Part shown: positions 50,692 through 63,629 of the stretch, one piece after another | Numbering within the stretch: position 1 is the first letter of the stretch | How the letters are laid out: every line of letters begins with the position of its first letter | From: Octopus sinensis | Lineage: Eukaryota | Direction: 5' to 3' | DNA length: 64,000 nucleotides | NCBI RefSeq assembly: GCF_006345805.1 | Contig: NC_043016.1 | Coordinates: forward strand, 17,360,001-17,424,000 | Program-made: the position numbers and the translations under genes | The notes under the pieces: model-generated | The model's input: only the letters and a program-made list of their open reading frames with translations | The model's database searches: none | Told to the model about the DNA's origin: nothing

Positions 50692-50925
50692 AAGCAGGTG
50701 TATTAGTTTGACGCTCTGGAAGAATGGAAAAAACTCTTTGACGTCTCGAGCCTACACTCTTCGACAGAAAGAGATGAGAGGGAAAGGGAGAGAGGGGGGG
50801 GGGAAAGAAAAAAAACGAAGAGAAACGTAAAAGATTTTTTTCATTTTCCCGAGCGTCAAACTAATACACCTGCTTGTTGTTCATTCACCTGTCAGTCTTT
50901 TGTTTTTCTATAAATTTCAAATATA
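50692..50925. mobile_element. Penelope-like terminal relic with inverted arms
   Basis: 50692-50747 is the reverse complement of ~50822-50876; same family as 25830-25990. Confidence 0.7.
50734..50773 (-). ncRNA. Variant minimal hammerhead-like motif
   Basis: Minus strand: CUCUUU-CUGUCGA-A-GAGU(guag)GCUC-GAGAC-GUC-AAAGAG with a perfect 6-bp helix I. The inverted arm retains GAAAC. Confidence 0.55.
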
Positions 50926-50947
50926 TATAAATGTGTGTGTGTGTATG

Positions 50948-51520
50948 TACAGAGTGTTTCAAAAAATTTGATATCATTTGAGATGTAAATATCACAGAAA
51001 CTATTTAATCAAAGCAAATGAAACTAAACAGGTTTAATGTTGAGCAACATAAGATTAATTCCTCCAAATTTGAATGAGAAATTCAAAGGTATGTGGATTC
51101 CATGAACGATTTCACATCACCGGTCACGTTTCCCTCAAAGAAGAACGGGCCATGAAGATGCTTCTTGGAGATGGCGCAGATTCACTTTTGGTGAGTCCCT
51201 CTCATGCTCAATTGTGACATGGGGATTTTCTTCGCCCCTAATACAAACATTATGCTTATTGACTTTGCCATTCGTATGAAATATGGCCTCATCACTGAAA
51301 ACAAGGCGTTCCGTGAACTCAGCTTCTTCAACTTTCTCTTGCATATCAACATAGAATTGTTTGCGCTTTCGCTTGTCATCTGCCATTATGGCCTGAACAA
51401 GCTGCGGCTTGAAGGGTTTCATTAGCAAGCGTTTCCTCAGGACGCGCCAAACTGTCGTTGGAGGAATCTGGGTTTCGAGATATGTTCTTCTTATGAACTT
51501 CTTGGGGCTACGCTCTTCAA
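50948..51520 (-). mobile_element. Tc1/mariner (maT/DD37D-like) transposase relic
   Basis: TTVWRVLRKRLLMKPFKPQLVQ...LVFSDEAIFHTNGKVNKHNV..EENPH..HERDSPKVN; TIR-like TA|CAGAGTGTTTCAAAAA at 50948. Confidence 0.88.
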
Positions 51521-51623
51521 AAGAAAGGAATAAGAGAAAATAAACAGAGAAAGAATGAAAAAAAAAACTTGTAGATTTCAGTGGTGTGTGTGTGTGTGTG
51601 TGTGTGTTTGCATGCCTGTATGG

Positions 51624-51663
<40 letters not shown>

Positions 51664-52199
51664 ATGCCTGTATGGATGTGTGTGTGTGTGTGTGTGTTTG
51701 CTTATGTATGGATGCATGCCTGTATATATACATAGTAAAACAAACTAGAAAAGAAAAACTGCCCATAATTTGACGTTTCTCTAAGTATGTAAAATGAGAG
51801 AGTAAGGCATTATAAACTCAGACATGACACATAAAGAAAGACTCTCCGAAGGGATTTAAGCGAAGCGGATTTTGCTTTCCAGGGGCCGGTTTTACTGATT
51901 ACTCTATTGAGCATCTGACAGTCCATTTATCACAAATTAGTTACCCATATCTATTTTCTGCCTTTTATTTTATTTATATATCATTTTAGATATGCTATGT
52001 TTATCATAACAAAGAAGCTTTTACTTTTTCATTTAGCTATAGCAATGATAAATTTGGGTGCGCATGACCTTTGCGGGCCCTTCGAATCCTTTAAAGACTA
52101 TGCATGGGATTCGAAACTGATGCCGTTAATGATCTTCCTAAGTTGTTGAAAAAAAAAAGAAAAAGAGGATGTGAGCAAGAAATTACAGAGATCCGATAT

Positions 52200-52450
52200 T
52201 TCGAGAAGAGCAGTGCGCGGCCTGGAGAGGCAGACGTTATTATAGCTGATGTAGAAAAAGGCAGAGAAGGGAAATAGAACGCAAGTGAGCCAAAGGGAGT
52301 GGAGCGTGTCTGCGAGTAATTTTATGCCAATCAGTCGCGTGACCTTTCTTTCGATGCGCTCTTGGGTTTCTGTGTGTGCAGTAGCAACGTAAGAGCAATA
52401 GTTCCTTGTAGGCCTTACCAAGATTTGTAGAGTATCAGTAATTATTGGTG
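52200..52450 (-). mobile_element. CR1/Jockey-group LINE ORF2 C-terminal relic
   Basis: ERIERKVTRLIG..LADTLHSL...SAFFYISYNNVC resembles the L..VQRRA.RLI....L..L..RR.V..L..FYRY motif. Confidence 0.55.
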
Positions 52451-53262
52451 GATGGGGTGAATATTTTCTGGAGTTATGTTAGGAATCAGGAGAGATCCGC
52501 ACGCAAAACTTTAGAATCGCGATAAATTTTTAGTTTCAACTCTTTCTTCACATCCTTGAGAATTGAAATATATATTGTTTGCCGAAGCAAATACTTAATC
52601 TTCAAGGTTAACTTTTATAAGGATCATACTTGGTGTTTCTATGCATCATTATAAGAGTTCGAAAGAAAGGACTCTTACTTTAGATTGACTCTAAGGATAC
52701 TGGTACTCAGTACGTGGTTATAGATGTTTGACATTTAAATTACTCTGTTCATTTTCCATCATTTTCCATCTCTTTGTATGACCAATTTTAGTCAGAAACA
52801 TAAAGTTAAACGACTTATTCTTGTTGCTAGGGTCGTGAAAGAGACAAAAATCTACGTCAGACGAGGGCATATTTTTGACATGTGTATGTATGTCATTTTG
52901 TGCGACTTTGTTATACTTCTTTCTTAAGTGTCATTTTTTTTTTGACATATGTGTATATTTGGGCTACAAGTAGTAAAATTAGAAAAAAAAAATATTTTCT
53001 AAAATTAGAAAGAACTATTTTTCCTAGAACCAACAAGAAAATATAAAGTGCGGTATCCCATTCAGTTATCAGTTATTAGAAATTCCACTGAAATCTTTGT
53101 CTCATTGTATTAATGGTCAAGGCCATTAAGATAAGAATGGATTTTCCCCGACAAAACGTTCTGAAAATTAAGCAGAGAATTACTACGAAGTTTTGAGAAA
53201 ATTGAGATCGCGATACAATGAAAAGTGAATTCTACCAACTAGAAGCTCATCTTTAAGAAACT

Positions 53263-53722
53263 TACGAAGGTCAGCTGTAAAGTTCATAGGTTGACCAAGA
53301 TACGCATACGGAGTGTGACCAAATGTGGTTTACTTTTCAAGACAGTATCCTTTTCAGTCCCCACACTTTTTCCATCGGTGTTGCAGTGTTTGGATCCCAC
53401 AGGTGAAGAAGCATTCGTCCTGTTGCTCAAAAAAAGTCAGCAACAGCAAATATAACATCATCACCACTGCAATACTGGCTCCCAACCGTTTTTTCATGTT
53501 GGGGAACAGATGATAGTCAGATGGGGACAAATCAGGAGAATAGAGATGTGGTGATCAACCAGTTCAAAGCCACACTCATGCACAGCAGCCATTGAAACCA
53601 TAGATTTCTGTGCTGAAGAATTTCTGCCCTGATGAAACACGACACCTTTTGTTAGTTTTCCTGGACGTTTTGTCTTGATAGCCTTTCGCAAATTCCCCAG
53701 TATGTTGGCATAGTAGAGCATA
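53263..53722 (-). mobile_element. Mariner transposase 3' relic
   Basis: YYANILGNLRKAIKTKRPGKLTKGVVFHQ..SAQKSMVSMAAVHECGFELVDH; TIR-like TA|CGAAGGTCAG at 53263. Confidence 0.9.
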
Positions 53723-53725
53723 GTG

Positions 53726-53793
<68 letters not shown>
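53720..53793. repeat. (TAG)n microsatellite
   Basis: Direct inspection. Confidence 0.96.
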
Positions 53794-53795
<2 letters not shown>

Positions 53796-55004
53796 GATGA
53801 GGAGGAGGATGGGAGGAGGAGGGGAAGAGGAGGAAGAGGAGGTAAGGTTTGTTGATTACGTCGATCCCTGTGCTTGCCTGCTACTTTATTTTATCGATCT
53901 CGGAAGGATGGAAGACAAAGTTGACATCGATGGGATTTGAACTTAGATCGTATTGAACCGGAAGAAATGCCGCTAATTATTTTGTTCGACGCGTTAACGA
54001 TTCTGCCTGCTTGTGTTACTATTATTTGTCACTTGTTTGCTTTTGAACTAAGGGAATCTGTTCCTTTATTTTTAGAACGGTGAACAAAATAGAGAACAGC
54101 TACATTCTTTTAGAACACCTTCTTTAACTTAATTCTTCCATCGTCAGTATCATCGGAAAAATCGAAAGGTTTGGATCACAGTGTGTCACACACTAAATGA
54201 ACCATTTGATGTCTACGGTATAAGCTGGCGTATTTTGTTTAGGTTTATTGATTTTCGACATTTCAAAGAAACCATTAATCAGGATATGGATATTTTATAT
54301 TTGTGTTAATAAATGCAACTTTTTTTAATGAATTTTCTGATTCTATCAAATGAAAACTTGCTTGTTCCTCGCAAAAATTCTCTGCCAGAACCGATTCTTT
54401 GAAAATACTCTACCAGACTAATTTAAGCTCTGAGCGATTTCCGATAATCTGATAATCTAAAAGAGGCGATAACAATAACTCATAAAAATGGTAGTAGAGC
54501 TCAGATATGGAACTAAATACCCGTATCACTTAAAATCATCTATTTCAAAAGTTTTGGGAGAGGAATATGTGCAAAATAATAATTAAGACTCACGAAAAGA
54601 CTGAACTTTCGAATACAACTTTTCCAACATTGGAACGAAATCTTTAGAACTTATTGCGGCTATTTTGATTTTGCCAAAAGATTTTGATTATGCCGACGGA
54701 AAACTTACGTATAGAATACACTAAAATACAAATACAGAGGACGGACTGAAATAAACTATTTCGACAGCTGTTTCAGGAGTACCATGGCCTATGCCGTACC
54801 ACATTCATACATAATAGATGCGCGTAATGTCGCAGGTATATGTCATAACAAAAAGGTTCTATGGATATGTTAGGGAAAGCAAGGTCACTCTCACCGAAAG
54901 AAGAATGATAATATTTTGTAGTCCATGTAAATATATGCATTAAGTCTATTTATGTTGTTTATCTGCCTGTCTGCCTGTCTGTTAATACCTCTGTATATGT
55001 ACAC

Positions 55005-55054
<50 letters not shown>

Positions 55055-56057
55055 CATATATATATATATATATGTATGTATGTATATATATGTATATATA
55101 TAATAATATATATATATATATTTACACACACACATACAACACATATATATATATAATATATATATATGTGTGTGTGTGTGTGTTGTGTGTGTGTGTGGTG
55201 TGTGTGTGTGTGTGTGCATGTGTAAATATAAGTGTGTGTGTGTGTATCAGTGACATCTTCAGCGACACTTTCCGTCCTCGCATGTGTTTTTCTTGCTTCC
55301 GCTTAATCCATCACACACACACACACACACTCAGACACACCACACACAAACACACCACACACACACACACTCAGACACACGCGCACACATATACATACTC
55401 CATACACACACATATAATGTGCTCGACTAAACCTTCCAACACGGTACCCTGGTGTGACCAATAATTGAAACATGCAAAGATAAAAGATATACGCGCGCAC
55501 ATACATCCACAATGTATGCGTGCGTGTGTATACACATTCATACATATATACATACATACACGCATACATACATAATACATACATACATACATACATACAT
55601 ACATACATACATACATACATACATACATACATACATACATACATACGTATGTACATAGATGCATACATACATACATACATGCATACATACATACATACAT
55701 ACATACATACATACATACATACATACATTGACATACATACATACATGCATACATACATACATACCTACATACATACATACATACGTATGTACATAGATGC
55801 ATACATACATACATACATACATACATACATACATACATACATACATACATACATTGACATACATACTACATGCATACATACATACATACATACATACATA
55901 CATACATACATACATACATACATACATACGTATGTACATAGATGCATACATACACGCATACATGCATACATACACATAAGCATAAATACACGTACACACA
56001 CATACACACACACACACACACACGCACGCACACACACACACACGCATATATATATAT
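55005..56057. repeat. Cluster of (TA)n, (TG)n, (CA)n and (TACA)n microsatellites
   Basis: Direct inspection; a higher-order unit 'acgtatgtacatagatgc' occurs 3 times. Confidence 0.95.
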
Positions 56058-56727
56058 AGTAGTCTTATGACATTAAGATATATTTCAGGACATACGTATT
56101 GATGTGGACATCAAAATCAATATGCGTCTGCTGATATATTTTATGATAATCAAGTGACATAATCATAAATATCGGTACATACATATCGATATGGGCATCA
56201 AAATCGATATGTGTGTCCTGATATATATTTCTATGTCACTACATTAATATAATAATTATTCATTCCGTCTGCATTGAGTTCTTTCACATCTAACGCACGG
56301 AAATGTTTACTTGTGGAATATGTTCTGTGGCGGTGAGCTGCCAGCATTAATATAGAATCGTAGAGAACAATTTGTGGTGCTTGTCCGGAACCGCTGTTTG
56401 TTGTTCAAATCCCCATGAGATCAACTTTGCTTTTAATCCTTCTGGGGGATCAAGAAATTAATCACTTGCACAGCGCGTTGGATGGATTGAATTGTTAGAA
56501 ATGACGGGATGCTTTGGCGGTCGCTCATCGAAGTCGTGAACAGCTCACGAATACAAATGGGTTACATACAAATATAACGGTTTCAAATTTGGGGACAAGG
56601 CCAGCAATTTTAGGGGAGAAGATAAATCGAATACATGGATTCCAGTGATCAATTGGCGTTTATTTTATCAAGCCTAAAAGAATGGAAGTCGACCTCGACG
56701 GGGTTTGAAATCAGCTCGTAAGGAGCC

Positions 56728-56773
<46 letters not shown>

Positions 56774-56809
56774 TGTATGTATGTATGTATGTATGTATGT
56801 ATGTGTATG

Positions 56810-56956
56810 TGTGTGTGGTAAGAAGCTTGCTTCTCAACCACATGTTTCCGGGTTCAGTCCTACTGCGTGGTACTGTGTGCAAGTGTCATCTACTAAAGCC
56901 TCGGGCCGACCAAAACCTTGTGAGTGGATTTGGCAGACGGAAACTGAAAGAAGCTC

Positions 56957-57005
<49 letters not shown>

Positions 57006-57256
57006 GATATACATATGTGTGTGTGTGTGTGTGTGTGTTTGTTGTGTTGTGTGTGTGCGTGTGTGTGTTTCGTGTGTTTGTATTTGTTCCCCCTACCATC
57101 GCTTGACAACCGATGTTGGTGTCTCTACGTTTTTGTAACTTAGCGGTTCGGAACTATGCTTACAAAAAATAAGTTCTCTGGCGTCGATTTGTTCGACTAA
57201 AGGCGGTGCTCCAACATGGCCGCCGTCAAATGACTGACGGAAGTAAAAGAATAAAG
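56810..57256 (+). mobile_element. SINE family B
   Basis: 'gtgtggtaagaagcttgcttctcaaccacatg..gggttcagtcc' head; tail 'gtaaaagaataaag'. Confidence 0.88.
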
Positions 57257-57284
57257 AAAAAAGAAATCTCTCTCTATAGATATA

Positions 57285-58850
57285 TTAGCAGAGACACCCG
57301 GCGTTGTGTGGGATTGAAATGGCATAGTTTGTATATATATGTTGAAAAAATGTGATACGGGTAAGTGCAGCATTGATGATAAAACTTGTGGAGTAAATGA
57401 TGGGCTAATTCGACTAAGCGACATATCATGCGTCCGTTTGGAGGATTCCAGGCCCTAACCTGTCATGGAAAATTGGGAGTGGGGTTATGTAATTTTGAAC
57501 GCATCGAAAAGCTGTCGGTGGATGTAATCTCTTTTGCGGTGGTTGACAGTTGAATGAATGTAGGTGTAATGGAGATATTGTATGTAAATGGGTATTTTCC
57601 AGAAAGGGGCTGCAATGGGAGACGGCAACGGGGAAGTGAACTGTTGAAATGTTGCAGAAGGCGAAGGGTTCTGGAATTGGATTGCTGGTGTTGCTGTAGA
57701 ATAAGAAACATAAACTGAGCCTATGCAGTCACAGGAGAAGAATGTAGCAAGGAATTACTTGAAGAAATAATGCATAATGGCTTACCGAGCGGTCGGTGGG
57801 AGTAATTGGAGAAAATGCTTTGGTACTGAAGTCCATGCAGGAAACTGCTTTGTTGGTGCAGTCTTTGGGTTTGTTGGTATTTTGCCAAAATGGTATCCAT
57901 CTTCACCATTCACAAAGAACAGTGGATACCAGAGCGCATCGTGGGGTGTAGTAATTCCTACAAAACCTCTTGGTAAACAATATTCTTTGTTTTCTCCTTT
58001 CAGAACAAATGTAAATAGAATTTGTTTGCTTCCCACTCTAGAGCAGACAATATTTAATCGTTCGTGTGAGAAGCGTAACTCTTCCTAGTGAACTTCTACT
58101 ACAGACAATGTTTGACCCTGGGATTTATTGATAGACTTTGCGAAGCTTGTATGAAAAGGAAATTCCACTCTTCTGAAGAAAAAGGAATTTCTGCTCTCAA
58201 TGGAATGAGAGGAATTCTGGGTATGATAACTTCCTCTCCTTTTCCCCATCCAAAGAGAATGGTGACCTCAATAACATGTGGCATCATCTTCATTATAACC
58301 ATGCGTGTCCCATTGCAGAGTGTTGGTGGATCCAAATTCCACAATGACGTTACTGGAGTTCCCACTTTAATTCCAATCTGTGGGGAGGTAGCCCTGGAGG
58401 CTCCAATGACTTGAGAAATTATGTTGCATAATTTATCACCTCTCCTGGATCTGTGATTGTATCAACTGACTTATAGATGTGAGGACTTCCATGAAGGTAC
58501 TGCAGCAGCTGCTCATTAATTTTACTTACAGTGCTAGGTTTTGGAGCCAGTATTGCTCTTTCACACAACCAATTGAGATTGTGATAATTTTTTGACCAAT
58601 AAATGTTGGTCAAATAGATGTTGGTTTGAAAGTTACTTCGCAAAGAGTTACCTCTCTTTTCCACGTAACCCAGGAAAGGGTAAAGGGTGTTTTCTGCTCT
58701 CAGAGAGCTCGTTACTCATTATGCGAAAAATTTTAAGAGTCTTAAATCATCTCTTGAACATAAGCAATGTATGTTCCCAGTTTGGGGAAAAGCAGTTGTG
58801 AACTTCAGAAGTTATGTGGGTTTACACACACATAACCTCACTTATATATA
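57285..58850 (-). mobile_element. Helitron 3' relic (PIF1-like helicase C-terminus and 3' terminus)
   Basis: WLCERAILAPK..., NLDPPTLCNGTRMV...GEEVIIPRIPLIP, CSRVGS...NIVYQEVL*. The 3' end has the hairpin CCCACACAACGCCGGG then CTAA|T (CTRR) at 57285. Confidence 0.9.
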
Positions 58851-58989
58851 TGTATGTATATATGTGTAATGGTCGCCCACTTTCCAGGCTCCACTTGGAG
58901 CAACGCTACATCTTCACCCTACAAACTACCACCCCACACGGACTTAACACAGCCCCCTCCTCTTGAGATCCGTTTTTTTTTTTTTGTGG

Positions 58990-61825
58990 ACAAACCACCC
59001 ACACACACCCACCACCCCCTACCTCCCACACGCACACACACCCCACCTACCTCCCACACCCACCCCCCCTACCTCCCCAACCCACCACACCTACCTCCCA
59101 CACCCACCCACCTACCTCCCACACCCACCCACCTACCTCCCCAACCCACCCCCCTACTCCCACCCCCACCACCTACCTCCCACACGCGTTTCACACACAC
59201 ACATACGTAGACCCATCTACGTACATATATTCACACATTTAATCACACACACTTACAGACATACTAACACACACTAACATACAAACCAACATGCACATAC
59301 ACACACACATACATACATACGCACACACATACATACTTACACACACACACACACACACAGACATACATACACACATACACACACACATACATACGCACAT
59401 ACATACACACACACTCACACACACACACCGCACGTACATACTTCACACACACACATGCAAACATACATGTAGGCACATACATACATACATACCTACACAT
59501 GCACACCCTTACACTGAATGCACATACACATACACCTTTTTGCATCCAGGCAGCCCCCCCTCTTTTCTGCTTTCCGGTTTTGGCTGATGGATCCTCGGTT
59601 CCCGCGTAGCGGGGCGTTCGAGGGCCTTTGCGCTCGCGCGCCTTGGCGCGCGCTGGGGGCTTGGTCGGCCCCTTGGGCTTGCGTTGTACTGCTTGTGCGT
59701 TTGTGTGCGTGGGCGCGCTTCGTGTGTGTGGGCTTGCTTCGGATGTGCGCGTGCGTATGTATGCATACATACCCACACACTCGCATGCATCCCTACCCAC
59801 ATACATACACGCACACCTACTCACACACACACATACACACACATACCTGCACACACACACATACATACATACACATACATACCTACTTCAGACATACACA
59901 CACACAGACACACTACACCCATACACTCACACTCACACGCATACACACACACACATACACACACACGCACACGTACACACACACACACACACCACTACAT
60001 ACATACATTACACTTGTATACACACACACTTACATTCATACACACACACACCTACACAGCCATACCCTCACTCAGACACACACATCTACCAACACACACA
60101 CACCAACACACACGGACACACACCCATACATACATACATCTACACACACACGCCTACACACATACAAAATACAACACATACATAACACACACACATACAC
60201 ATATACACTATACGCACACACACACATACATACATACACCCATATACATACACACACACATACCCATACTCCTATACGCACATACATACACACAGACATA
60301 CACACATACACACTCACAAACATACACACACACATACTTACACACACACTCACCTGCACGCGCACACACATGCATGACAAAACCCATACACTCACACTCA
60401 CATACGCACACACCAACATAAACACGCACACGCACACGCACACACACACCTACACTCCCACACACATACACACGCACCTACATACACACACGCACGCATA
60501 CCACACATACACACATACATTACACACGTACACACACACCTACATACACATGCATACCACCACACACACAACGTGCACGGACACACCTAGACATACACAC
60601 ATACACCTATATACACACGCCCACACACCTACATACACACACATATACACACGCCCACACACCTACATACACACACATACATACACACACACATACACGG
60701 ACACACCCATACATACTTACATACATACACCTATACACACCCGCCTACACACCTACATACACACACATGCATACACACACACACACATGTACGCACATAC
60801 CACACATATACGCACATACATATATACCCACACACACATGCACACACACACACACATACGCACATGCATGCATGCATGCATGCACACGCGCACACCTACA
60901 CGCATACACACACACACACGCACGTACACATACATACATACACACAACGCATACATACACCCATACACATACATGCATCCTACACACACATACATACACA
61001 CTCACACATACATACACACACACACACTCACTCACACACCTGTATGTACGCGCACACACATGCACATACACACACTTCCCCACACCCACACGTACATACA
61101 TACACACTCACACACATACACACACACACACACACGGACATACATCTATGCACACACATACATACACACATACTCACATACATTCATCGGACACACTGCC
61201 ACCCGGACATACACACAGACACACTCACACATCCACACACATACATACTTACGCACATACTCGCAGGCGCGCGCACGCACGCGCTTGCGCCGGTTCGCGC
61301 ACGCATACGCTCCGCAGGCACCTCGCTCTTGGAACCGACAAGACCTCCCGCCCGTTCCTGGGACCGTCGCGTGTCGTTGGGTCTTCCCACGCCCGCCTCC
61401 GCGGGACCACTCTTCCATCTTCCCCTCAGCTGGAGTCCTTTTTCCTTACCCCCCCCTTTTTCGTTACACACACGCGCACACATATACACACATTGCTTAA
61501 ATATATACATTACTCTTACACACATTCAATCTACTCGCCATTTATACCACCACGACACTGGACACACACACCACACTACTACTCAACACACACGCTGGCA
61601 CGCTACATACGCCCCCACCCCTTCCCCTCCCTCCCTTCCTCCTTCCTTCTTTTTCTTACTACTGACCTTTGTCTGCTAAGCTGACCACCGTCTCGCCCTA
61701 CCTCACACGCCTACACACAGACGCACACACTAACACACACATATATTTTTTTGTTTTTTCATCTCGCCTCACACACACACATACACACACGCACACGCAC
61801 ACACTCACACATACACACACATCTG
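58990..61825. repeat. ~2.8-kb degenerate (CA)/(TACA) low-complexity tract
   Basis: Direct inspection; interrupted by two GC-rich islands. Confidence 0.9.
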
Positions 61826-61994
61826 TTTGCGTTACCAACCTTGTCTCCACTCTTTTGCCTTTAAAAACCCACTTTGCTCTGTTTTCGTAAACATCCGCCT
61901 TTCACCATGTGCAACTCGTAAACACCAGTCGTCTTTTTTTCTCTTTCCCTGTTGCCCGCTCTGGGATCTTTCTTTCCTCTCTCTTCCTTCTTTA

Positions 61995-62030
61995 TGTTTC
62001 CGACGAAGAGCTCCGCTCGAAACGTCATAC
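61995..62030 (+). ncRNA. Minimal hammerhead-like motif in a Penelope-like terminal repeat (~61860-62120)
   Basis: GUUU-CCGACGA-A-GAGC(ucc)GCUC-GAAAC-GUC-AUAC: perfect helix II, palindromic ACGU helix III and a GUC cleavage triplet. Confidence 0.6.
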
Positions 62031-62121
62031 CTCCCTGCTTCCATTTCCTGAGCGCCTATTAATAATAATACTGTAATTGTTCCATTGTTGTTGTTTTTTT
62101 GTTTCCCGTTTGGATTAAAAT

Positions 62122-62183
<62 letters not shown>

Positions 62184-62358
62184 GAGATGCAGCACGGACT
62201 TTGTCAGTGGAACAGGTCGCGGGATTTAGCGACGAAAATATTTTGACAAATTAAACTTAAATGTTGAAGTGTATCAAACGGCTTTTTGTGTGTTTCTTAA
62301 ATGGCTTATAAACACCTTCCACGCTGCAATTGTATATATATATTATATATGATGTGAG

Positions 62359-62673
62359 GGCGCGTGGCTTAGTGGTTAGGGCATTCGGCTCATGATCGTA
62401 AGGTTGTGAGTTCGATTCCCGGCGACGCGTTGTGTCCTGAGCAAGACACTTTATTTCACGTTGCTCCAGTCCACTCAGCTGGCAAAAATGAGTTGTACTT
62501 GTATTTCAAAGGGTCAGCCTTGTCACTCTCTGTGTCACGCTGATTTTCCCCGAGAACTACGTTAAGGGTACACGTGTCTGTGGAATGCTCAGCCATTTGC
62601 ACGTTAATTTCACGAGCAAGCTGTTCCGTTGATCGTATCAGCTGGGACCCTCGTCGTCGTAACCGGCGGAGTC

Positions 62674-62674
<1 letters not shown>
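62359..62674 (+). mobile_element. Young full-length tRNA-derived SINE family C
   Basis: Head GGCGCGTGGCTTAGTGGTTAGGGC...GAGTTCGATTCCCGG (A/B boxes) followed by a non-tRNA body; CpGs are intact. Confidence 0.9.
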
Positions 62675-62716
<42 letters not shown>

Positions 62717-62849
62717 GTAACGATTGTATGCACATGCTTTCACATCGGCGTCACCAAAATTGTAACGGTGCCTCATCAAAACTGTAACGTTTGTTACTTA
62801 GCAAATGAATGAGAGGAAGAAAAGATGTTATGAGTTGAAATGACCCTTT

Positions 62850-63420
62850 ATTTTCATCGTACAGTGTAAGATACAACTTCTTCGAGTTGATGTTATACAC
62901 AGATTATTTTTAGTTCTGTTGGCCCTTTCGCGATAAGCTAACTTCATCTTTTGTTGATTGCTAGAAGGCAGGTGGGAAAAGGAGAGAGAGAGAGAAAGAG
63001 TAAGAAAGTCTACCTCTCTATGTTGACATGTAGAGAAGGTGAAAGTTGTGCTGTGGCACAATGACAATTCATCAGTAAAAGAAGAAAAATAGAGACGTGT
63101 TCTTATGCTTGGTGCCAAGCGACCAAAAAGGTCACTAACCGAATTTGGTTATTGTATTTATATGTGTTGGAAAGCTGGATGTAGGTCAGAGAAAAATGGA
63201 AAGCAATGTAAAGTGGAAGCAAAACTTAAAGAAAAGATGTTAATTAAAGAAAAGATGCAGGAAAAAGGCGAATGGTTAAAACCCAGGAAGAAATACTGTT
63301 CCGAGGGGAAGTCAGGAAGATAAGAAAGGATAGTTGTCTAGATGCATATTCCAGTATGCTTGTGTTTCTGGAAGCGGGCATAAGATAGGAAGGAATGGTC
63401 GTCTGTGTTGGCAAGGTGTA
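62850..63420 (-). mobile_element. Penelope-like reverse transcriptase relic
   Basis: Minus-strand SDLFGR.. / FTDELSLCHSTTFTFS...EVDFL / KLAYRE..NRTKNNL follow the order of the PLE RT motifs YIDDIF / F..LN..HP.IKFT.E...V.FLD / LYRKPTD...YL. Confidence 0.55.
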
Positions 63421-63568
63421 TGTATATCTATGGATGTGTGTAAGTATTCAAATTTGTGTTGTTGTTAGTGTCTGTGTGCGTGTGTACACTACTTTCTAAG
63501 GGTCGAAAATACATTGAAAGGTATAAGTGAATGTATAGAGGTACGACCTTACGTATGTTTGTATGGTT

Positions 63569-63614
<46 letters not shown>

Positions 63615-63629
63615 TATGCACACTTACAC

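Noticed and set aside
49513-50706. Overlapping long MYVC/HTYI ORFs (also at 28300-28980, 41030-41517, 46041-47221, 54952-56059)
   Set aside because: Microsatellite artefacts open in multiple frames on both strands.
57590-57630. Penelope RT motif 'QKGAAMG' on the + strand inside the Helitron
   Set aside because: Too short, with no flanking RT motifs; could be coincidental.
59518-61500. 660-aa His/Thr-rich ORF
   Set aside because: It is a translation of CA/TACA repeats that lack stop codons; no domain or splice signals.
62359-62430. tRNA gene (also the SINE heads at 16383, 23120-23190 and 32583)
   Set aside because: A/B boxes are present, but there is no complete cloverleaf and the sequence continues into a multi-copy SINE body.
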